This document shows, one piece after another, positions 12,201-22,667 of a stretch of 64,000 nt of DNA (the first letter of the stretch is position 1; every line of letters starts with the position of its first letter). The stretch covers positions 2,728,001 through 2,792,000 of the forward strand of contig NC_043020.1 in NCBI RefSeq assembly GCF_006345805.1, given 5' to 3'. Position numbers and translations under genes: made by a program. The notes under the pieces are model-generated. The model was not told where the DNA came from, made no database searches, and worked only from the letters and a program-made list of their open reading frames with translations. This DNA is from Octopus sinensis (Eukaryota).

Positions 12201-15200
12201 ATAGAAACCAAGCCAAAACAGACTGGAGCCTGGTGCAGCTCCAGTCTGGCTTACCAGCTCCAGTCAAACCATCTCACCCATGCCAACATGGAAAACGGAT
12301 TCTAAATGATTCTGTTGATATCTGGTGCAAATATTCTTCTTGTTTTATATTCAAACTGACCAGATCCACACTTTACAAACCTATCCAACAATGTCATTCT
12401 AAAAATAAACAACCATACCATCAAACTCTTGAAGCTATAAGGTAAATGCATGATTAATTCAAGACAATGAGAATTAAAAAAAAGCATTACGTTTGACAGT
12501 GAAATCTGAATGCTAAAGCATTATATATTTCTTTATTACCCACAAGGGGCTAAACATAGAGGGGACAAACAAGGACCGACAAACGGATTAAGTCGATTAC
12601 ATCGACCCCAGTGCGTAACTGGTACTTAATTTATCGACCCCGAAAGGATGAAAGGCAAAGTCGACCTCGGCGGAATTTGAACTCAGAACGTAAAGACAGA
12701 CGAAATACCACTAAGCATCTCACCTGTCGTGCTAGCATTTCTGCCAGCTTGCTGCCTTTCAAGCGTTATAGCTCATTCTTCCTTCTGGTATGCTGTATTG
12801 ATCAACAGCCATTGATATCTTGCATTCGCAAGATTGGGGTCAAGTAGTCTGCTGGGTGCATCTCTGCAGTAGATGCAACTTATTTTCAGCTGAATAGACT
12901 AGGATAATGTAAAATGAAGTGCCTTGCCCAATGATACAATGTGCACCTTTAGTCTGGGAACTGAACCCACGGCCTTAGGAGTTTGAGTCCAACATTTTAA
13001 CCACAAGGCCACTTCCTTTCACTAAAACTTACTCTTGTGTCTGATCTCTTTATTTCTATTTCCAGATGTATTCTACCGCTTTGGCCTCTTTGCGTCCATC
13101 ACCAACAGACTCGTGTCCTCTCTGGTTGAATATGGCATCGATAGCTGCTCTGCCAACTCAGTGCAGCCGTCACAACACTCCTTCTCGGGCCCATGCACTC
13201 ACCAAACTGGTGAAGAGCTCTTTAACTGGGCGTAAAGAATTCATTGTGGTAAGTTTTTATTCTATTTACATGTTTTTCTTTTTATATCTTAGGTGTAGCT
13301 GTGTGGTTAAGAAACTTGCTTCCCAACCATGTGACCTTGAGTTCAATCCTACTGCACAGCACACTGGGCAAATATATTCTGCTATAGCCTATATTCTGCT
13401 AGGTTAACAAAAGCATTGTGGGATTTGGTTGACAAAAACTGAAAGAAGGACTCCTTTGATTCCCATTTTACTCAGGTGGATCCACCTAGCCATTTGGTGT
13501 TTAAAAATTCTTATTGTATTTTCGTAATTAAATATTTTTAGAAATTGTTTTTAAAGAATTGTTTAAAATATTTTGAGTATTGTAGAGGTGTAACCAATCT
13601 TTTAGTAACAAATTTTAACAGCAAAATCTTATATGGGCCTCCAAGAGCCATATGGACCCTAGTTGAGAACTTCTGATGTAGAGTTAATGGGAAGGAGAGG
13701 CAGAAACCACAGCTCCTGGTTTGCTGCTGTAGAAAACAGTACAGGAAGAGAACAGGGACTCTGGGTCAGGACTAACTCAGACCATGGTGAACCCATTCAA
13801 TGCATACCAAAATGGAAAGAGAGTGTAAAATGATGATAAGGGGGAGGATTATGAGTTGTAGCCACATTTCATAGAAGACTTCCCTGGTGTGGGAACTTGT
13901 TAACTTTATAGATGCAGGTGTGGCTGTGTGGTAAGAAGATTGCTTCCAAACCACATTCTTCGGTTCAGTCCCACTGCCTGGTACCTCAGACAAGGGTTTT
14001 CTAGTCTAGCTGTGGGCTGACCAGAACCTCGTGAGTGGATTTAGTGTCACAGATACTAGAAGCCCATCGTGTATACACACACACACATTTGTGTTTGTCC
14101 CCACCACCACCACCATTTGACAACTGGTGTTGGTTTATTTACAATCCCATAACTTAGTGGTTCAGCAAAAAAGACTGAGAGATTGACAGAATAAGAACCA
14201 GGCTTTAAGGAAAATTAGCAGTGGAGTCAGTTTGTTTGCCTATACCTCTCAAGGTGGTCCAATGACCGAAACAGGTGAAAGATGAAAGAGAAAATGAAAT
14301 GCATTGTTTCTAAAATACTTATTGAAGCCTTTATGAAGGTAATGTGTCGTCTGTTTTTCTTGTACCTTAAGTCAAATAAATAAGATTTGCTTCAACCATT
14401 TTCAAAACTATTTGCCTTTTCAGATGGTCTGTGAACGTCGAGATGTGTTGGCGTCAGCTTGCGCTATTGCACGTGCACTTCCTGAATATTCCTGCAAGGC
14501 AAGCTGTACAAACAGTGTTTCGCAGTCAGTTACTGTAGAATTTATCTTGGTTGGTAATGAATGTGAAACCCCTCTCGCTGCTAGTGATTTGGATTGCCTT
14601 CAAACAGTCACATCTGGCATTAGACTGGCTGCTAGACTTGTGGATGCTCCCTGTTCTGAAATGCATACTGATGCCTTTGTGGATGTAAGTTGACATCTTT
14701 TCTATCTTTAGTTGTTGGCATCTTTCATGCAGTTATTGTTATTTCTATTTTCAGCAGTCAGTATCTTTTCTGCCTTCCGCCGTCGACGTCTTTTCTGTCT
14801 TTGACCATTGACGTCTGTTCTATCTTCGGCCGTCAACGTCTTTTCTGCCTTCGGCCGTCGACGTCTTTTCTGTCTTCGGCCGTCGACGTCTTTTCTGTCT
14901 TCCACCGTCGACATCTTTTCTGCCTACAGTTTTTACAGTTTTAAATGTCAATCAGTCTTGAAAATAAAAAAAAAATCAGTGAAAATAAAATACCTATTTT
15001 CATAAATTTATACAATAAGTCAGTGTTTGTGACATAGCTTTTAATGTTCTTACATGAAATTATGAAGGAAGCTTTTAATTTAAAAGATTTACTAGCATAT
15101 AACATGCACATTTTTCTTTAGATAAGAAATCTTAGAAAGAAACCCTGCATCACTATCACACTATAGATGTAAATATTATCTTTAAAAGAGAAAGGGTATT

Positions 15201-18014
15201 TTCCCTCTACAAATGAGATTAATTGAAAGATTATAATCTTGCTAACAACAGCTTCTCTCATATTCTTTCTGCAGGAAATTTCTAAAATTGGTGCTGAATT
15301 AAATATTACTCCTCTTATAATTCGTGGAAATGAACTTGCTGAAAAAGGATTTGGAGGTAAATAGATATTCATTATTATTGTTATTATTATTTACTTTTAA
15401 TCTGCATGTTTGTTGCAATCACTTGCCAAGATGCCGAGCATCCTAGGGCGACTGAAGGATAAGAGATGTAACAGTATGACTGAAAGGGAGTGGTAGGGGC
15501 AGTAGTGAAATATCTTCATGTAATACAACACACACATTTAAATTGATAGGGTTTTTCTAAGGATGTGGGCAGTACTTTTCGGCACTATCTTTTAGATTTC
15601 TCTGAGACATGGTTCTCCTGGGATATTATCTAGTTGTTTCTAACATCCTTTTTTTAAGGCACCCACAATAACAGGAACAATTCTCACTTAAAGATGCCAC
15701 ATCTTTTCTATTTCAATTTCCAGGTCCTTATATTTACTTAATTTGTCGAATTCCATTACAGATATATTTTTATAAATGGGACCACTTACATCCATTAGTC
15801 TACAAGTATTTTCTTCCCCGTCCTTAATGACTATGTCTGGCCAAATAGCCTGGGTCATTCTGTCAGTGTTGACTGGAAAATCCCAGATGATGGTAACACT
15901 TTTATCTTCAACGACTGGTTCAGGATGATGTTATACCAATAAGCAGGAATGCTGATTTTGTAGTGTTTCCATATTTTCCATTGTGAATATTGTCTGACCC
16001 TATTGTGGCGATTTTTGTATTCGTTTGGTGTCAGTACTGGACATCCCAAGACGAGATGGTCTGTTGTTTCTTCAAATGTGTTGCAAAATCTACACTTAGG
16101 GCCAGCACCATTAGATTGTTAGTTTTTGGTAAGCAAGCTTTGATCTTATGCTGCCAATATGAAACCTTCAGTCTCTGCTTTCAGTCCTGATCTTCTCAGC
16201 CACAATTGGGTTGTTGCTTGGTCGTCATCACCACTGCCTCCTTCTCCTCCTCATTATTATTATTATTCATTTAATGTCCTCTTCTCAGTCATAATTGTAT
16301 CAAAAATAACTTATTGTTTGAATTGGTTGGACGCTAAGCAAAACTGTGTTGCCATTTTTGGTATGGCTCTTTATGTCCTGAGTTCAAATCCTCTTGAGGC
16401 CATCTTTACTTTTTCATCCTTCCATAGTCGATAAAATGATGTTGAGTACCAGAGTCAATATAATTGACTTTACCCTCCCCTCAAAAATGCAGAGGGATTG
16501 CCTCTGGGACTACTAACTTGGAATGATCCCAGCCCCAGCCAAGCCATAGTACAATTTTAAGGGTCCATGAAAAAAAGTTTCTATAAAACTAGTTTTTAAA
16601 CGTTGAATGGCTATATAGGGGTCCACCAGAATAAAATAGTAATCAAAGGGGTCCATAGATAAAAAATAGTTGAGAACTCTGTTCTATGTGGTCACCTGCT
16701 AGAAATAACTGTAAAATTTCCCTAAAATCATATATTAATATCTTTAAAAAAAACGGAAGGGTCACATTGGATGAGATGGCCATAGTTGAAACACTGTTGA
16801 TCATAAGTCTGATATTGACTGAGTTTGGTTCAAAGAAAATAAAAACTTAAGAAGAGACGATTGAGTCCAGGTTTCAAGATGTGGCAGTTGAGGAGATTGT
16901 GTTTGTACACAGTTGCTGGGTTAAAAGTCTACCCTACCCCTGTAAAATTGGAACCGAGTATTAATGTAGTGATGATACTGGTAATAGGAGGTGGCTGGTG
17001 TCATTGGTGATAAATGTGATGATGATGATGATGTTTGATCTCTAATCTACTTTTCTCTTGCAGGTGTTTACAATGTTGGCAAAGCTGCATCTCATCCACC
17101 TGCATTGGTTGTTCTGAGCCATAAACCAGAAAAGGCCACATATAATATATGTTGGGTCGGTAAGGGAATCGTCTACGACACTGGTGGTTTATGTATCAAA
17201 TCTAAGGTAAGCCTCTCTCTTTTTTTTTTTTTTGGTTTATTTTTAACCATTTCAATACCAATCCTCCTCTTACCAGAAAAAATTTATATCAACAAAATTG
17301 GGGCCTTTTACAGGGCCACTTAATTAGCTAAAATTTGCAGCTAAATGTCCCTCAACATAGGTTGTTTGCCTTTTGTTTGTTTGTTTTTTTGTAGCAGTAG
17401 TCAGGCACCTTGAATAATGTTGCTACACTGTCAAAATAAAAATACATAGTGGTCATGGCTGGAACCTCTGTAATCAGAGATCTGCTAGACAGAGTTTACC
17501 CAGGAGTTTCTTAACAACAGCATTGTCGTATACTGTGAAAGTCACTCTTGCTCCAGTTTGAGGATAGCAGCAATGGCCTGGTTTCAGTGGTGGTGATCAT
17601 GGTAGGAGTTTGACGAGCAGTAGGACAGAAAGGAAGAAGACTCCTTCCCTCCTGACATTACCTGTTGAAAGTTAATAATAGACTTCATCACCAGAGGGGA
17701 GAGGTGAGGAGATGGTGATGAGTAGGATGTGACAAGGACTGTCAGAACAGTGTTGGGACTGGGGTGGATGAGTTCATTTTGGGGGTAGTGACAGCAAGTT
17801 AGAAATCAGCAGCAGCAGCAGTAGTAGTAGTGATTATTGTCATCTCTTCATTGTCATCATATCATCATCATTATTATCATGCAGAGTTCTTGCTTGTTCT
17901 TTGCCTTTCACCCTTTCGGGGTCAATAAAATAAGTACCAGTCAAGTATGGGGGGAGGGTCTAATTGACTAACCCCTTCACTGAAATTACTGGCTTTGTGC
18001 CAAAATTTGAAACC

Positions 18015-18046
<32 letters not shown>

Positions 18047-21000
18047 GATGGTGAGCTGACAGAATCCTTGGTGCACTAGGCAAAATGCTTAGTGTGGTAT
18101 GTCATCCATCTTTCCATTTGAGTTCAAATTCTGTTGAGGTCAACTTTGCCTTTTCATCCTTTTGGGGTTCATGAAATAAGGACCAATTGAGCACTGGAGG
18201 TAATGTAATTGACTTGCTCCGCCTCTGAATTTGATGGCCTTGTGCCAAAATTTGAAAGCATTATTGTTGTTGTTGTCGCTGCTGCTGCTTGTTTGTTTGT
18301 TGAGCAAAGCGGTCTTTGTCCCTAGTGGGAGAACTCTGAAACATGGTCCTTTGCTATTTGTAAGACTCGCAGAAGAGATAACAGGTCAACCCCCAACACC
18401 GAGAGCATCGACGGATGGATGAATGCGCATCCAAGCTCAGCGGTTGCATAGAAAGTCAGGGGCAAGAAACAGGAAGAAAGAGTGAGAGAAAGTTGGAGCA
18501 AAAGAGTACAACAGGGGTCGCCACCATCCACTGCCGGAGCGTCGTGGAGCTTTAGGTGTTTTCGCTCAATAAACACACACAACGCCCGGTCTGGGAATCG
18601 AAACCACAGTCCTCCAACCGCGAGTCTGCTGCCCTAACCACTGGGCCATTGTGCCTCCCTGCTGCTGCTGGTATTGTAAGGGTGATGCAGTTGTTGCTGC
18701 TGCTCTTGTTATTATAAGGATGATGTATTGGCAGAATCTTCAGATTAATGTGTTGCAACATTTGTTTCATCTCTTTGTGTTTCTGAGTTCAAATACAGCC
18801 AAGAAAGTCAAATTTGCCCTCCATCCTTTTGGAGTTGATAAAATGAAATAGCAGTCAAATACTGTTGTCAATGGTATCCACTAATCCCCTCCCCTCAAAA
18901 CTGCCGGCCTCATACGTAAATTACAAACCACTAATACCATAATAATAATAATGTAGTTGTTTCATGATATGGCTTTCCCCTTTCTCTGTCCATAATTTTT
19001 GTTCCTTTTTATTTCAGGCAACCATGCTGGGAATGAAACGGGATTGTGGAGGAGCAGCTGCCATTCTTGGTGCTTTTTATTCAACTGTCAAGTTGGTACG
19101 TAGTTAGCTTTTGCTTGTTTAGCTACTTCCTCTCTTTCCAGATATATATGTATATGTGTGTGAGAGAGAAGATCTATTTCTTTCTTGTCTGTTATCTTAT
19201 TTACATCCAAAGTTGAAAGGAGAAAGAAGGGAAAGAAAGCTGGTAAAGAAGAAATGTGTATGCATTCATAATATATATAAATGGTGCAGCCTTCTGGCTT
19301 CCCAGACCCCAGTTGAACCGTCCAACCCATGCTAGCATGGAAAGCGGACGCTAAACGATGATGATGATGATATATAAAATCATCATCCTCATTTAACGAG
19401 TGCTTTCCATGCTGGCACAGGTTGGATGGTTTGACAAGAGCTGGCAAGTCAGAAGACTGTACCAGGCTTCACTGTCTGTTCTGGCATGGTTTTCATGGCT
19501 GGACGCCCTTCTTAACACCAACCCTCTTACAGAGTCGACTGAGTGCTTTTTATGTGTCACCAGCACAAATGAGGTCTGCTTTGGCGTGGGTTTTTATGGC
19601 TGGAGGCCCTTCCTAATGCCAATCCCTTTACAGAGTGGCCTGGCTGCTTTTTACATAGTAACAGCACCAGTGAAGTCTGCTTTGGCCTGGTTTTCATTGC
19701 TGGATGCCCTTCAGCTGGTCATAAAGTAACTCACAAGGCATAACTCTTTTGAGATGAGGTTGGGTATTGGAGGAGGTGGCACTGACATCAGCAACACTCA
19801 AATGATGCTTTTTATGTGCCACCGTCACAGGCTGGGCGTATATTACTGTAAACATGTACATATAATTATGCATACTGAAATTTGGTGTGTTTACGTCCCC
19901 GCAACCTAGCGGTTCGGCAAAAGAGACCGATAGAATAAGTTCTAGGCTTACAAAGAATAGGTCCTGGGGTCGAGTTGCTCGACTAAAGGCGGTGCTCCAG
20001 CATGGCCACATTCAAATGACTGAAACAAGTAAAAGAGTAATATATATATATATAATACACACGCACACGCAGTTATATATTTATTAAAGTATTTGGATAT
20101 AAAGAGTATGCTCCTTGTATCTGATTACTTTGGCTTTGTTTAAATTGATCCTTAATCATGCATAATCTCACAGCTTCGAGATTTCAGTGATGCGGTTTAT
20201 TTTTAGAAGGATATTTTAGGGCAAGTGTGGGAGGCTTGATCTCACTGGTTTGAACATAAAAACAAGTGGAACATTTGGGCCAGATTTAATGCTAGGGGAT
20301 CGAACGTAAACTTTGCTTCACTGTTCAAACTTGTATTACTTTTAATTACTGTTAATATAACTACCTGTATAATTAAGTATAGTTTTATCTGGCATGACTG
20401 TTTACTTTCAATATTTCAGGGCTTCACGGAAAACTTACATGCCATCTTCTGCCTAGCAGAAAATGCCATTAGTCCCGATGCACTCCGTCCAGATGATATC
20501 ATCAATATGTATTCAGGGAGGTAGGTGCCGTGTCTCAGTTCTTTCTTACAAATCAGGTTCCACATTTGTGAACCATGGACTTCCATGTTTGATCCCACTA
20601 TGCAACACCTAAAGCAAATGTCCTCAACTATTGCCTCAAGTTTACTGATGAGCCAAAGAGTGGAATTTGGTTGACAGAATCTCTTCCATAACTCATCATA
20701 TATCTCATCATCGTTTAACGTCTACTTTCCATGCTAGCATGAGTTGGACAATTTTGACTGAGGTCTGGCAAACCAGATGGCTGCACCAAACTCCAATCTT
20801 GATCTGGTAGAGTTTCTACAGCCGGATGTCCTTCCTAATGCCAGCCACTCCACAGAGTGTAACTGAGTACTTTTTAATGTAGCACCAGCATCAGGATAAA
20901 TTCTGCTGTGGTGGATGGGTCTTCTTGAGTACAGCAACATACCAGATATCTCAGTCCTTTGTCATCTCCTTCATAAGTCTAAAGCAGAAAGAAATAGTTA

Positions 21001-22620
21001 AGGGGGTCTGTGACTAGAAGTCTTCAGTCAAGAGCTCTTCATCCTTTAGAAGCCATCACCATCCAAACCAACAACAGTACTTCTGTGCAGTCATGTGACC
21101 TGAGAAAAGCAGTAACATTTCTTGTCACCGTCTCTTACTGTTTTTCTAGTTTGGTATTTTAATTCAAGTGGTCGTCACAAACCACATTATTAATGTTTTA
21201 CAGGAGAGATAAGTACAACACCACCATTGACTCATATAAGACATGCAACAATAGAGACTCTAACACTCATACTCATTCATATATACAATGCGCTTACAAA
21301 AATAAACCTCCATATATATGTATACATGTTTCCCTCTCCAGAACTGGGCTCACAAACATTTTTACATCTGGCTGGTTTGAGCATAAAACATAGAATATTC
21401 GGGCTTGAATATGGCTAGTTAAAAGGGTTAAGGCAGGGGCTGATTTATCCAAGGTCAGTACTTCCTGACTTTTCATTAGTCCTGCACCCCTTTTTATTAC
21501 CACTCAAACCTTACTTTCATTCCTCCTTAAATCTTCCACTGTGATCTTTTTTTTTTAAAAGTAGAGGAGGTTTAATTTGAACCTGTTTCATATGTAATCC
21601 CAGAACTCCCTGAAATTAATTTTAGTACCCCAGATTAGGAGACACTGCTTTAGATGAAGCTAAAAGTCTTTGGCGGTGCCCCCAAATAATTTAATGAATG
21701 ACAAAATTCACCTTTTTGCCTTATTTCTATTTACAGAACAGTTGAGGTCAACAACACGGATGCAGAAGGCAGATTGGTTCTTAGTGATGGTGTAAGTTGT
21801 TTTTCCTATAATATTACTTTATTGGGGTGGACGGTTCGATTGGGGTCTGGGAAGCCAGGAGGCTGCACCAGGCTCCAGTCTGATCTCGCAGTGTTTCTAC
21901 AGCTGGATGCCCTTCCTAACACCAACCACTCCATGAGTGTAGTGGGTGCTTTTTACGTGACCGACACGGAGGCCAAAACAAGGGGGTTTTACCATTGATA
22001 AACAAAAAATTGTTGAAAAAAGTTTTTCGTATGTATGTGAATATCCCAGTCATATACACCTACTAGCAAATAATGGTTTCAAATTTTGGCACAAGGCCAG
22101 CAAATTCAGGGTAAAGGATAAGTCAATTTTATTGACCCCAAAAGAATTGAAGTGAAAGTTGTCCTCAGCGGAATTTGAGCTCAGAACACAAAGACAGGTT
22201 GAAATGCCACTAAGCATGCTAATGATTCTGCCAGCTTGCTACCTTGTCTGTTACTAGCTAATAAAGACATCTCTTCCTTCCTCACAGGTGGCTTATGCAC
22301 AAAAAGACCTCAAAGCTGATATTGTGATAGATGTTGCTACTCTGACAGGGGCTCAGGGAGTGGCAACTGGTAAGTAAAGAACTTTTTATTTTTTACTTTT
22401 CTACTTCTAACATCTTTTCCCCACACCCAACCCCAGCCCATATTTTCTATTGTAATCCAACAAGGAAACCTCTTCGTGGTTGCATAACCTGCAACAAGCA
22501 GACAATTCTTTGTTAAATCCTTTTGTATTATAAAAGAAAGGTCACACTGGATAATGTAACCCTAGATACACTAATCATCATTTTATGTCTGCTTTCCATG
22601 CAGATGATGATCATCATCAT

Positions 22621-22667
<47 letters not shown>

